Shown piece by piece: positions 38,701 through 51,300 of a stretch of DNA of 64,000 bases. The notes beneath the pieces were generated by a model. The model was not told the DNA's origin, made no database searches, and saw only the letters and a list, made by a program, of their open reading frames with translations. Both the position numbers and the translations under genes were made by a program. The stretch's first letter is position 1; each line of letters begins with the position of its first letter. Source of the DNA: Octopus sinensis (lineage: Eukaryota); contig NC_043005.1 in assembly GCF_006345805.1 (NCBI RefSeq), forward strand, positions 51,088,001 to 51,152,000. The letters run 5' to 3'.

Positions 38701-39786
38701 TGGTGTGAGGATTCCTTCTTTGACTTTATCCTCTTGTGTCATGTGTTCTGGGAACATCTTTTTGAAAAGGTTGACAGGCAAGATATCACTCTGGGCTCCA
38801 GTGTCAATCTTTAGCCTTAAGTCAATGTTCATTCGTTTCTTGCCAGACTTCTTTTGTATTCGTATCGTTGTGTATGCCTCATTTTTTTTTTCTGGTCGTC
38901 ATTTCCCATCTCATGCACATTTATTGTGCCGACTGCCAAGAATTCCTCCTCTGAGGTGTTTTGTTCTTGTTGTTGGGCATGTATAGCTCTTTGTTTTCTA
39001 TTTCCGCTCCTCTTTGAAAATTCGGGCTTGTTTTTCTGGGATTTTGTTAGCCTACACATTTTTCCCAGTGGTTGGGTTTTCCACATGTTTTGCACCGTGT
39101 ACCGAATGCAGCACATTTCTTCCGGTTATTGAACTCATGCTCCATACTACAGTACTGGCATGTTCTTTGTTTGCGGGTATGTTTCGTCCTGTGCCTAGAT
39201 ACAATATCTACACTGCTGCCTAGTGAGCTTGTTTGTAAGGTAAGTGAGGCCATTTGTTTGGTAGTGGCTTCGAATGCTCTTGCAGTGTCTACTGCTTCTA
39301 TCAACTGGAGAGCATCCTTACCTATGAGGGATTTCTGAACTTCTTTATGAGCACACCCCCATATTAATTGGTCAACTCTTCTTTCGTCCTTATCTTTGAA
39401 TTTGCATTTTTCGGCAACATTCTTTAGTCTGGACAGGAAGTTGTCAATCGTTTCTTGTGGGTCTTGTTTCAGGCCCTGGAATTCGTATCTGTGAATTCTA
39501 TGGTTCGACCTGGGCTCTAGGTGCCTTTCAAATTTCTCTAAAAGTGTGTCTGGGTTATTGTAATCCGATTCTGACATGTCCCAGCTATTAAATAGGTCTA
39601 GTCCCTTCTCTCCCGTCCATAAAAGGATGCAGCTTACGTTTTCTTCGGCGGTTGTACCTTTCAGGAAACTTTGAAAGCTAGTTGAGTTTTCTATTTAAAT
39701 TTCTTAAACGCTTCCACGATATCATCGGAGTCCCAGTTCATGGTTGGATGTAAATTCATCTGTACGGTGACGGGGGTCGCCATTTT
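35764..39786 (-). pseudogene. gag-pol of the gypsy element, broken into at least 8 ORF pieces
   Basis: ORFs 39047..39577, 38266..38832, 37970..38401, 37509..38033, 37331..37564, 36930..37142 and 35764..36819, plus smaller pieces. Confidence 0.92.
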
Positions 39787-39894
39787 GGAACCTCGTGTAT
39801 GTGTGTCCGAAGACGAAGCGATGCTTTGTTTGTTAAATTTCTGGTTCGTTGTGTTTCTGTCTTGTTGTAAAGGCACAGTTTCGATTAATTATTT

Positions 39895-39907
39895 ACCGCT
39901 GCCACCA
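39895..39907 (-). promoter_or_regulatory. Primer-binding site, tRNA-Leu type
   Basis: TGGTGGCAGCGGT lies immediately after the 5' LTR and is complementary to a tRNA-Leu 3' end (...ACCGCUGCCACCA). Confidence 0.8.
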
Positions 39908-40135
39908 TGTTATGTGTCGTTTCGTTCTGATGGGTGATGGACAACTCAATTGAAGGCATATATCGTTTTATGTGTTTATTCGCTTTGCATGTTACACCAA
40001 CTGTCCGACATTCAGCGCAGTGATACTTATATACCTTTAGACACAGCGTAGTAACACTTATAAAATAGTGCCAAAAACGGGGATGCATTCCACACACGCA
40101 CGCCCACGCATACACATAGATATGAATGTGTAACA
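39908..40135 (-). repeat. 5' LTR (228 bp, TGTTA...TAACA)
   Basis: Matches 35151-35373 with 5 substitutions by eye. Confidence 0.95.
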
Positions 40136-40154
40136 ATATATATATATATATATA

Positions 40155-40710
40155 GACGTATTCTGATAAATAAGTATCCGAACTGTTGCCATAGTAACGA
40201 AGCTAAATCACGCAGAGTAAAGCCGCTAGACACAGATTGACCTTGAACTCTGCTGTGCATGCGCCCTAAGTTTTAACGTTATTAGTTGACTTCTGCTGCT
40301 TACAGCAATGCTTGGAAGCAACGTGTGTAACGTGTGATCGTTGCAGAAAATCTGCATCAAATTTTGCCGAGAGCTTGAAGACACCTGCTCAGAGGCCTTC
40401 ACAAAGTTTTCAAAAAGATTTTCATCGTTCACGAGACAATCAAGGAGATCTTGTGCAACTGAAACCCGAGTGTCCTTTTGGTCAGCTGAAAGCAGTTATG
40501 ACACAAACTCGGCAGACACGCGTCTCCTACCCGAATCACCAGTAATAATGGACTTAACTGAACCGTAACTAATCTGTACATTCTGTGATAGCTCACAGAT
40601 GGTGATTCGGCGATTTCCCTTCACAGCTGGACGCACATCTGCGAAGTTTTTCTCAGTTCTGCTGGTTGCGGGTGACCGTATTCCTTTTTCTAGCATCCTG
40701 TTTGACAAAA
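40155..40710. mobile_element. Rearranged mariner remnant (5' part on +, internal part inverted)
   Basis: On +: QKICIKFCRELEDTCSEAFTK (transposase N-terminus). On -: PATSRTEKNFADVRPAVKGNRRITICELSQNVQISYGSVKSII...RRVSAEFV. Confidence 0.8.
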
Positions 40711-41258
40711 AATAGATATAAGCATCCTGTTTGACGGAAAATCCAGCATTTCAATTAAAGAGTATAAAATCCACAGAATTGTCTCCCCCTTATACACAGG
40801 AACTGGAAACTCCTACCCCATTTCCTGTTTTGACTCATAAACATCCAACCTTCTCAAACAAAATACTACACTAAAACACATGTATCCTAATCCTCCAAAG
40901 AAGTTTTTCCATGGAATAATATTGAACATTAAAAGCATAAAAACACTATAATGTATTGGTATACTTATTTATTAATTTTTGTATATATTTATCATTATTA
41001 TTATTATTATTATTATTATTTAGAAAGACGTTATAATTTTTTCCCCTCCCTCATCTTAAAAAAAGTTTTTCCCCCTCTTCATCTTGAAAATTTGCTTTGC
41101 AATGAAAGTCGCTTTGATTTCCTTTTTAAATTTTTCTTACACACAGGTATATTAAAATTTGTTTTCAGTTTAGCATTATGCCTTATTATTATTTTTTCCT
41201 TTCCTATCATTTCTCCATGTGCGCTTAACACACCCCCACCATTTACTGACTTATATAT

Positions 41259-41319
<61 letters not shown>

Positions 41320-41329
41320 TGTGTATATA

Positions 41330-42300
41330 AATAGTTACCAGGGTAGCAAAATATCATACAAGTAAAAAGGTTGTAACTCCTTGTTTTTAAAGGTAGCAAC
41401 TTCGGGTTTACGTGAAATATTTTGTATAATATATATAAATAAATAAATGGAGTTAAATGCAATGGAGTTAAGGCCGAATTTTATAACTCTGCCTTACTTA
41501 ATGCAGGTTATACAGAGAAAGTTACCTACATTTATTCCATTCAATCTTATTCTTCCTTTACTAATGTAGATATGAAATCTAGTAAACGATATCAATTTTA
41601 ATTTATACACCAAAACCAAAAAGAGGAAGGGAGATAACCCTTATTTAATCCCATAGTTTCGTTCTTCAAAGAATTCTAGGTATTACTCTATTATCAACTC
41701 ACACACGGTTAGGATTGGTTTTTCCAACACAAAACATTTCTTACAAATTATCTCTTTACATAATATTAACCTGTTAAATATTGATACATTTACTAATACT
41801 AACATTAATTTAGCTAATACCATACCTCCCCCTAGAAATATTAATAACAAGGTTATTGTATCTGAAATCAATTACAACAGAATCAAGTTTATGTCAAGTA
41901 ACTCTAAAATTAAAAATTCTATATACCAGTGTAAAATTACTACTGGTAATGAAGAATTTTTTTTATATAGGAAGCACATCTTCCTAGTTGTCTAAAAGAA
42001 TTTCTAATCATTACTCTACATTTAGGGATAGGAATAAACGTAACAGTACAGGCTTAGTAAATTAATTTGGGATCTAAAAGGCCACAATAAACACTTTAAT
42101 GTAGATTGGTTGATTCTTTCAATCTCTATACCTTATGGCAAAGGCAAGGAATTCTGTCTTCTCTGTAATTCTAAACTATTTTGTATTCTTTTTTTCTAAA
42201 AATCCCCTTGTAAACACGGTTATAGAGCGTGCATTCCGATGTAAACTTTGGAAGAAACACGCCTTTATTTCATATAAGTGATATATATCATTATATATAA
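41330..42300 (+). pseudogene. AT-rich Penelope-like GIY-YIG endonuclease remnant
   Basis: ~41918 onward across frames: SIYQCKITTGNEEFF-YIGSTS..KRISNHYSTFRDRNKRNSTGL..IWDLK..NVDWLIL..PYGKGKEFCLLCNSK. Confidence 0.75.
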
Positions 42301-42563
42301 TTTAAACATTAGTTTTCTTCTTACATATCACATTCACTAGATATATCTTTTTCCAAGTCTATATGGTTCTATTTAATATACATATAGTTATATACTTCTC
42401 ATTTATTTAGCTTTTCTTTCCTTTATCCTTCCTCTTTCTATAGGCTACTTTTGACGCTATATCCTATAACGTTTTTTGAAACAATCTTAATAGCGTTCAC
42501 TTAATCACTATACATATCCATAATTTTCTGTTAAAATGTCTTATTCACGGGTTTCATTTCTTC

Positions 42564-42652
42564 ACTTCCCTGAAGAGAATATTACATTGTTTTATACCAT
42601 TTTATTCCTTTGGAATAATACCAGTGATATCTTCGAAACATGTGTCGGAAGT
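42564..42652 (+). ncRNA. Type-I hammerhead motif with extended stem II, 3' of the PLE remnant
   Basis: acttcc-CTGAAGA-gaatattac...gtgatatcttc-GAAA-catgtg-TC-ggaagt. Stem I is a perfect 6 bp and GUC is at 42644-42646. Confidence 0.75.
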
Positions 42653-42708
42653 AAAGTAATTTGAATAACACATGCGTTTAACTCCATTTATATATATATA
42701 TATATATA

Positions 42709-42765
<57 letters not shown>

Positions 42766-43024
42766 ATGTATAACTCACATATATTTGTACGTTTATATAC
42801 GTTTACATATTTATATATACGTGTGTATGTATGTATGTATGCAATATATATGCATGTATTTACATATACGTATATACATACATATATATATATATACATA
42901 TGTGTGGTGTGTGTGTGTCTGTGTGTGTAAATATATATATATATAGAGAGAGAGAGACACTAACACACATATACCAATATACACATACGTAATATCATAT
43001 ATCATATATATATATATATATACA

Positions 43025-43760
43025 GGGTCCGAAGGCATTACAATCCCAGAATCACAGACAGTGAAAGACTATGTGCAATGACGCATCATTTTCTATGCAG
43101 ATTACCAAGATGGCGGCAAAGTGCAAACAACTAGCGGGATGGATACTAAGGTCCTTCAAGAGAAGAGTCCAAGAAATTATGTTGACCACGTGGAGAATCT
43201 TTATTCTCGACTGCCTGGGCTACTGTTCCCAGTTGTGGTCACCACACAGTGCCAAACGAATAGCGGAGGTTGAAACAGTCCAACGCCACTACACTAAAAA
43301 GACTGAAACAGTGCTGCGGGTGAGCTACGGGGATTGGCTGAGAAAACTACAGCTTTACTCCCTGGAGCGAAGGCGTGAGAGATATGCAATAATCTACATA
43401 TGGAAAATTGTAGAAGGTCTAGTAGCTAATTTCGGTATTGAGTGTTATACAAATGCCAGAACTGGCCACCATTGTATTGTACCAAAGGTACCATCCACTT
43501 CATCTAAATTCAGGACCACGTAATGCAATAGTCTAGGGTTTAAAGGTCCACAGCTCTGCAATGCTCTGCGACAAAAATTAAGAAATCTGCATAAGATGGA
43601 AGTAGATGCCTTCAAAAAGAAACTAGACATCCTTCCACTTCCCAATACCGGGTGAACCAACAACCCGACATGAAGTGCAGACAAGGGTAGCGGAATGAAA
43701 TTCCCTTATACACCAAATGGACAAGCAGCTGGGATAAAGACACATACAGGAGAGGTGATG
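43025..43760 (+). mobile_element. CR1/L2-type LINE 3' fragment
   Basis: ORF 43071..43523: GWILRSFK..LGYCSQLWSP..VQRHYTK..LQLYSLERRRERYAIIYIWKI. Confidence 0.85.
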
Positions 43761-44409
43761 TGAAACACCCCAGACTGAGGAAATTAAAAAGACCACGATG
43801 GGACTCGAGAATGACCGCAGCCGCAAGGCAGAAATGAGTAAAATAATGAAAGAATAAAAGCGTATGTGTGCGTGTGTGTGTGTGTGTATGATTATACGTA
43901 TATGAGATAGAAAGACAGTAAGAACATCGCTAATCTACAGAAAAATTCGCACTCTAATGGATTGTGTCCAAAGTCGCAATTCTAAATCGAAATGCTTGTA
44001 GCTTATACAGCTATTGATAGCAATAAAAATGACACCTGTCGTTTTCTGTGGGAACTTGTAGCCTTCTTAATGGAAATGTAATCGATTTTTGTAAAACAAT
44101 TTTGTTTTTAATATATGGAATTATCGATCATGGGCGTGAACAAAATAGCAGACTGCCGCATTAATGTTATTTTTTTTTTTTTCGTGTTTTTACTTCACTT
44201 ATTTAAATTCATGTCAGTGTGAGCTTCAGAGTGAGCAGACATTTTTATTCCTTATATCTATTCCATATTTTTTTTTCTGTCGCTGGTTTCAGTTGAAGAT
44301 GGACGAAGATGCCAGATGGGCACAGATGTGTGTGTGTGTATCTGTGTGTGAATATCTGATATGCGTTTGTATGTGTGTGAGAATATCTGAAATAAATTCG
44401 ACTGCTCTC

Positions 44410-44656
44410 TCAAACGAGAGTAATAAAAATGAACCCGGCCGCTCTCAAAAATTAAGTACGAAAAAAAAACCGAAAAATAATCCAGAACTCTTCTTCGGTT
44501 CCGGATCAATCTAATCAATTCGTGTCAGTCACAAGACCAAACATCCCTGAGAGTTTCATTCGAATCCATCCAGCAGTTCTTGAGATATCTTGTCCACGGA
44601 CAAACAAACAAACAAACACGACTGAAAAACAATACCTCCGCCTTCGCTAAGGCCGA

Positions 44657-44659
<3 letters not shown>
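44410..44659 (+). mobile_element. Short non-autonomous Helentron/HINE-like element end
   Basis: 'tttcattcgaatccatccagcagttcttgagatatc', (caaa)n, and a terminal hairpin acctccgccttcgctaaggccgaggt abutting (AAT)n. Confidence 0.6.
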
Positions 44660-44722
<63 letters not shown>

Positions 44723-44867
44723 CAAAAAAAAAGAAAAAAAAAGACCCCAAATATATGGCACAGAAATTCCAACCTGTTGTCTCTTGAGGTCTCTGGGTGA
44801 GACTTGGAGTCAACTTGTACAGACATAAAGCAAAAGTCAAACATAGAATAATAATAATAATAATAAC

Positions 44868-44916
<49 letters not shown>

Positions 44917-44932
44917 TAATAACAATAATAAC

Positions 44933-44964
<32 letters not shown>

Positions 44965-44995
44965 CAACAACAACAACAATAATAATAATAATAAC

Positions 44996-45041
<46 letters not shown>

Positions 45042-45080
45042 GTAATAGTAATAATAATAATAATCAAAATAATAACAATA
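44660..45080. repeat. (AAT)n/(AAC)n arrays with an embedded ~90-bp retroelement-tail-like piece (44755-44846)
   Basis: Directly visible runs. The embedded 'tgaggtctctgggtgagacttgg...aaacatag' is followed by (AAT)n. Confidence 0.85.
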
Positions 45081-48024
45081 AGATATACGTATATGACATA
45101 GAAAGACAGTGAAAAGTGAGAAGATATATTCTCAACGCAAAAAGAATATCAGAAATAGAAATAGAACATTTAAAAGAAAAAAATACATCAGGAAAATGTA
45201 GATAGAAGCCACACAACAATGCCAAATAATATGAACAGTGAGATAGCAAAACACGAAGACAAACGTAACATTCCCAACAAAAACGATGTAAACAAAAAAC
45301 AACAAAACCAGACTGTAAGGATGCATAATAATGCACGACAAGCAGCAAGCCAAAACACAACAGACAAACATACGAACGTGAAAAAAAGCGACACAAATCT
45401 AAAACCTGGAAACAACGAAGGGGAGCCTAATGATTATGATACTATAAAAAGTAAAATAATCAAAGAACTGAAAAACACAGATCTCAAGATGGACCACCGA
45501 CCATACCTCCCAAAAATCAAAATAGACAAAACAACAACATCAATTATAAACAGCATAAACCTAGCCATCACAGAACTAATAGCCACTGAAACAAATAGCG
45601 ATATCACTGAGCTAAATGACTTAGTATATGCAGCAGCCACTGCAGCCACAAAAGAAGCTGGATACTCCCTCAAACTCATCCAAACAGGAGTACCACCACC
45701 CAAACAAACCCTGTGGATAAATAACATACAAAAGAAAATACAAAAGATGAGAAAAGATCTGTCGATTCTTAACTAAATTAGTAGACAATCAACGCTACGG
45801 AGCAACAAAAAGAAAACAAAAATACTGTGTAAATACAACGTCACAGAAAACGATTTATCTGAGATAAAAGAAAAGCTAAAGCAAGATATCCTTGCCAAAG
45901 CACAAAGGATCCGCCAGTATGAGAAACGCCAACGTTTCTTTGAACAAAACAAACAGTTCAACTCCAACCCCAAAAAGTTCTACCAAGAACTTGGCAAGAA
46001 TAAAATAGACATCACTGCAACACCAACGGCAGAAGAAGTGGAAGAATTCTGGAAAGGAATATGGTCGGCGAATGAACATGGATCGACTACAGAAAGGCGT
46101 TTGATAGCATCCCCCACACATGGATCCTCGAAACACTAGCCCTTAACAAAGTAGCACCAACAATTATGAAATACATAGGACACTCTATGAATAAATGACA
46201 AACAGTGCTACAGCTCCAAACAAAAGAGGGACTCATGAAAACCAAAGCCATCCCCATTAGAAGAGGAATATTCCAGGGAGATACACTCTCTCCACTCCTT
46301 TTCTGCTTGGCACTGTCACCTCTATCTGATTTGTTAAATAGAACTGGATGCGGATATAAATGTTACGGCAAAACGATCAGCCACCTTTTATATATGGATG
46401 ACTTAAAACTATACGCTGCAAATGACAAACAGCTGGAAACACTACTAAAGACAGTTCATGGATTTACCAAAGAAATAGATATGAAATTTGGATTAGAAAA
46501 ATGCGCCGAAGTAACCCTGAAAAGAGGAAAAGTAGTTAAGAGTAGCAACATCACACTAGATAAAACCAATGAAATAAAAGAATTAGACCAAAGCCAAACT
46601 TACAAATACTTAGGAATCCATAAACTAAATAAGACACAACACACACAAATGAAAGAGAAAATAAGAAAAGAATATTATAGACGAGTTAGATCAATACTAA
46701 AAACAGAGCTCAATGCTAAAAAACAAGATAATAGGTATTAACACTTTAGCCGTCCCAGTTATAAGTTACAGCTACAATATCCTTAACTGGACACTAAATG
46801 AACTGACTAAAATAGATAGGAAAACAAGAAAAATAATGACAGGATCTAGGATGCATCACCCAAAATCTGACATAGAAAGACTATATATACAACGTATAGA
46901 AGGTGGTAGAGGCCTTATACAGCTGGAAAACTACTATAAAATAACCATCATAGGACTGCAAAAATATCTACTTCAGAAGGAAGGAAAACTGATACAAATA
47001 GCGGCAAAACACGAGCAAACCAAAAAACTGTTCTCAGTATTTAAGGAGGCTGACAAATACAAACAAGAAATCATACCACCTAACAAATATGAATAAAAAG
47101 AAGATGAAGAAACAACAAAAGCTATAAAACAAATGAAATGCAAACTAAAACTAGAACAGCAAAGAACCATGATAAAACGATGGCAAGAAAAGCCCCTTCA
47201 TGGCAAATACTGGACTAAACTAAATGCAAAAGAAATAGACAAAGAAAAATCCAGCGATGGTTGAGAAGCTCGTGACTCAAAGCAGAAACAGAGGGAATTT
47301 TTAATTGCAGCACAAGACCAAAGCCTCCCCACCAGAAATTACCAAAAACATGTAATGAAAAGAAATATAACAAGTAACTGCAGAATATGTGGAGATGGAC
47401 AAGAAATAATAAATCATATTATCTCTAGCTGCCCAGTCCTGGCTAAGAAGGAATATATTCACAGACATGACAGAGTTGGAACCTACATACATTGGAAGCT
47501 ATGTCAACATTATGGAATAACAACAGAAAAAAGATGGTATAGGCACACACCAGAAAAGGTCACAGAAAACGAGAAAGCAACCATACTCTGGGATATGCCG
47601 ATACACACAGATAGAGAAATTAAGGCCAACAGACCAGATATAGTTGTCAGAGATCATGAAGAAAAAAATGCTTTCTAATTGATGTATCAATACCAGCAGA
47701 TGACAAAGTGTCTCTAAAAGAAATGGAGAAACTTTCAAAATACAAAGACCTGGAAATAGAGGTAACCAGAATGTGGAATCTAAAAACAGAAACAATTCCT
47801 ATCATAGTAGGTGCATTAGGCATGATAAAAAAATATTCAGACAAGTACATAACAAAAACACCAGGACTTACAAACACATATAACATACAGAAAATTGCAC
47901 TACTAGGGACTGCACACATCCATACAATAACCATCAGAGCATCACAACAAATCACAGCACATACCCAAGGCACACAGAGCTGCGCTCGGTAGTGAAGTGA
48001 ATGCACGCTATAAAAATAAAACTA

Positions 48025-48027
<3 letters not shown>
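45081..48027 (+). mobile_element. R4/Dong-clade non-LTR retrotransposon (RT + restriction-like endonuclease), 5'-truncated and internally deleted
   Basis: WIDYRKAFDSIPH, GIFQGDTLSPLLF, LLYMDDLKLY, YKYLG, EGGRGL, CRICG..INHIISSC, RHD, NRPDIVV..IDVSIP..EKLSKY. (AAT)n on both sides. The N-terminal part of RT is missing at ~46075. Confidence 0.9.
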
Positions 48028-48080
<53 letters not shown>

Positions 48081-48424
48081 TAACAATGATAATAATTTGG
48101 AGCATTCCGTTGGTTACAACGACGAGGGTCCCAGCTGATACGATAAACGGAACAGCTTGCTCGTTAAATTAACGTGGAAATGGCTGAGCATTCCACAGAC
48201 ACGTGTATCCTTAACGTAGTTCGCAAGGAGATTCAACATGACACAGAGTGTGACAAGGCTGGCCCTTTTGAAATACAGGTACTACTCATTTTTGCCAGCT
48301 GAGTGAACTGGAGTAACGTGAAATAAAGTGTCTCTCTCAAGAATAAAACGCGTCGCCGGGAATCGAACTCACAACCTTGCGATCATGAGCCGAATGCGCT
48401 AACCACTAAGCCACGCGCCCTCAC

Positions 48425-48472
<48 letters not shown>

Positions 48473-48473
<1 letters not shown>

Positions 48474-48984
48474 TTAACTGATTGGAAGTGTTATCATGTA
48501 CATTGTTTTGCCTTGGTATAAAAGATGGGCTACAGCAAATATTCTGCTCAATACCACAGATTTGCTTGTCAGTTGTTTGACCTTAACCAATTGAGCATGT
48601 CCCTTAGTGGCTGACAATATGTGCATATCTGATCACGAGCGGAAGTAGTGGGGGAGCATCATAGCCATGTGTTGAGAGGGATTCTATGGAGTTTGAATGA
48701 TTCATCTCTGGAAACATAGGTGTTTCATTCAACATCCTTAAACAACCCTTATTCAAAGACCTTTTGAGCGGGATGGGTTACTCGACCAGAAGGAAATTCT
48801 AACTGGGCTCCACCTGCAAGGTCATGTGCTGTTTATCTTGATATGAGATCACCATGTCGCGCACATATGGTTGTGATGCATGTGCCTGGTGTACTCTTAT
48901 CAGACGGGTAGTCATGATGGGTATACTGGGCTTCGTACATTTTACCCCAGTGTCACTTTGATGGCATGCACTGCTCTCTCACTC
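48473..48984. repeat. ~510-bp probable interspersed element sharply bounded by (AAT)n on both sides
   Basis: Non-coding block of higher GC than its flanks with clean microsatellite borders. Family not determinable. Confidence 0.45.
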
Positions 48985-49045
<61 letters not shown>

Positions 49046-49488
49046 GTAATAATAACAATATGTTCAGGACCTATCTATAAAGGTGAAGAGATTGTGGAAC
49101 GCAATAGAGGCAGTTCTAGAAATTGGTTCCCCTGAAGGATACTGGAATCAAAACATGAAGTGTCCATACTGTATTTTGCAAGAATCTTAAGTAAGACTTT
49201 TGAGATTTGAGGAGACGTGTGGTCAGCAAGCTTCAAGATAATACCCGTTATTAAATTAGCATTTCTCTTTTATCTCTCTCTTTTACTTGTTTCAGTCATT
49301 TGACTGCGGCCATGCTGGAGCACCGCCTTTAATCGAGTAACTCGACCACGGAACTTATTCTTTGTAAGCCTAGTACTTATTCTATCGGTCTCTTTTGCCG
49401 AACCGCTATGTTACGGGGACATAAACACACCAGCATCGGTTGTCAAGCGGTGTTGGATAGGACAAACACAGACACACAAACATACACG

Positions 49489-49573
<85 letters not shown>

Positions 49574-50878
49574 GACGGGCTTCTTTCAGTTTCCCTCTAC
49601 CAAATCTACTCACAAGGCTTTGGTCGGCCCGAGGCTATAGTAGAACCATGTGGTTGGTAAAAAAGCTACTTACCACACAGCCACTCCTGTTTTTTGGGGT
49701 TTTTTTTACTTTTTACCTCTCACTTTTTCCGGTCGTTGTACTGTGACCATGCTGGGGCACCGTCTTGAAGGATTTAGTCGAACAAATCAACGTCGGTACT
49801 TATTTTTAAGTCTATCCTTCTTTTATCGGTGGTTTTTGCTGAACCACTAAATTATGGGGATATAAACAAACTAACATTGGTTTTCAAGCTCTGTGGCAGG
49901 TTGGTGGGGGGACAAACACAAACACAAAGGCACACGCCCATTACATATATACGGTGGGTTTCCATACTGTGTCCGTCCACGAAATTGACTCTCAAGGCTA
50001 CAGTAGAAGACAGCTGGTCAATGTGTCGTACAGTAGGACTGAACCAGAATCCAAGTAGTTGCAAAGCGAATTTTTTAATTACACATCCATGCCTGAATAC
50101 AAGGCCAGAAATTTGAGGGAAAGGAAATTGTACTTTGACAATTATAAAAAAAAAAAATGTTATAAGACTGGTGGTGCCGGGTAGAAAATCCAGTTGTTAC
50201 ACGTGTTTTAATAAACAGTTTGAGAAGTCTCCGTCCAGATGAGCTTCGAATGCAGAGAAACAAATAAAGTAATGAATATTAGGGATAGCAAAAGAGGTCA
50301 CATAAGCTTTCGTTTACCGAGCTCCATCAGCCGCACCATTCATTAAGGCAACGGGAATAGCTGTAAAACAAAAAAACACCGCCTCGTCCTCTATGCCAGA
50401 AGTCAACGACAAAGAAGACACCGCCACCTGCACATAGCATGGAGAAGCAGCCCTATCATCTAAACATCAGTGTTTCCCAACCATTTTGTTACTTATGGGT
50501 CCCCCTGATTCCTATTTTACTCGGATGAACCATCATAGCCAGTGGCTGTTTGAAAAATCCTATTATATTCTTTTACTCTTTTACTTGTTTCAGTCATTTC
50601 ACTGCAGCCATGCTGGAGCACCGCCTTTGGTCGAGCAAATCGACCCCAGGACTTATTCTTTGTAAGCCTAGTACTTATTCTATCGGTCTCTTTTGCCGAA
50701 CCGCTAGTTACGGGGACGTAAACACACCAGCATCGGTTGTCAAGCGATATTGGGGGAGGAGTCCAACACAGACACACAAACATTTACACACACATACATA
50801 TATATATATACATATATACGCCGAGCTTCTTTCAGTTTCCGTCTACCAAATCCACTCACAAGACCTTGGTCGGCCCGA

Positions 50879-51300
50879 CCCTTTGGCGGATGCCGGCGGG
50901 CGAGCGAGCGAAGGCGCCGAGGCGCACAACGACGGCGACAGAAAGGGTGAGGGCGTTCACTTTAGGGCGGCGGCGGAAAATCGGGGACACGCCGGTCGTG
51001 TAGAGTCGATCACGCACCGGTGAGCGTGGGGCAACCGGTTGGCAGAAAGGAGCGACAAGAACATCCCTTCCATACGGTCACCTCTTCCGATCACCCCCTT
51101 GGGGTGCGACGGTCACCTAGAGCGTGACTGTTCCGCGTGGCCCGACCCGTAAGTTTACGGGACGGATCACATAACGGTATCGACCACGTGGATCACGCGG
51201 TCCTCCCGGCGACAGCCCCCAGGCTGACGGTATCGGTCGCGATGACATCCATGTTGACGTGCGCGAGACCGCAAGATTTCGTTCGTTAACGACAATCGCG
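50879..51300. other. 422-bp GC/CpG-rich insert of unknown origin inside a family-C SINE
   Basis: 263/420 G+C by hand count (~63%). The SINE stops at cggcccga (50878) and resumes at agctacttaccacacag (51301). Confidence 0.85.

Larger units (their letters stand above)
35151..40135 (-). mobile_element. Ty3/gypsy LTR retrotransposon (Mag-like), complete structure, frameshifted
   Basis: Two LTRs, PBS and PPT. Gag with C..C...H...C...C..CGKPNHW; protease IDTGA; RT LPFGL...IADDI; RNase H LQVDAS; integrase GVDLF..CDNG..IEK. Order is PR-RT-RH-IN. Confidence 0.97.

Noticed and set aside
44525-45067. Poly-I/L/Y/N ORFs
   Set aside because: They are (AAT)n translated in different frames.
50288-50328. 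Minus-strand CTGATGG...GAAAGCTTA hammerhead-like words
   Set aside because: The core is mismatched, and stems I and II do not pair.
50550-51023. 157-aa ORF crossing into the GC island
   Set aside because: It is a chimeric read-through of SINE, microsatellite and stop-poor GC-rich DNA, with no recognisable domain.
51278-51290. Minus-strand 'cgttaacgaacga' resembling an SSU rRNA conserved word
   Set aside because: It is only 13 nt and the flanks do not follow SSU rRNA, so it is insufficient to call rRNA.
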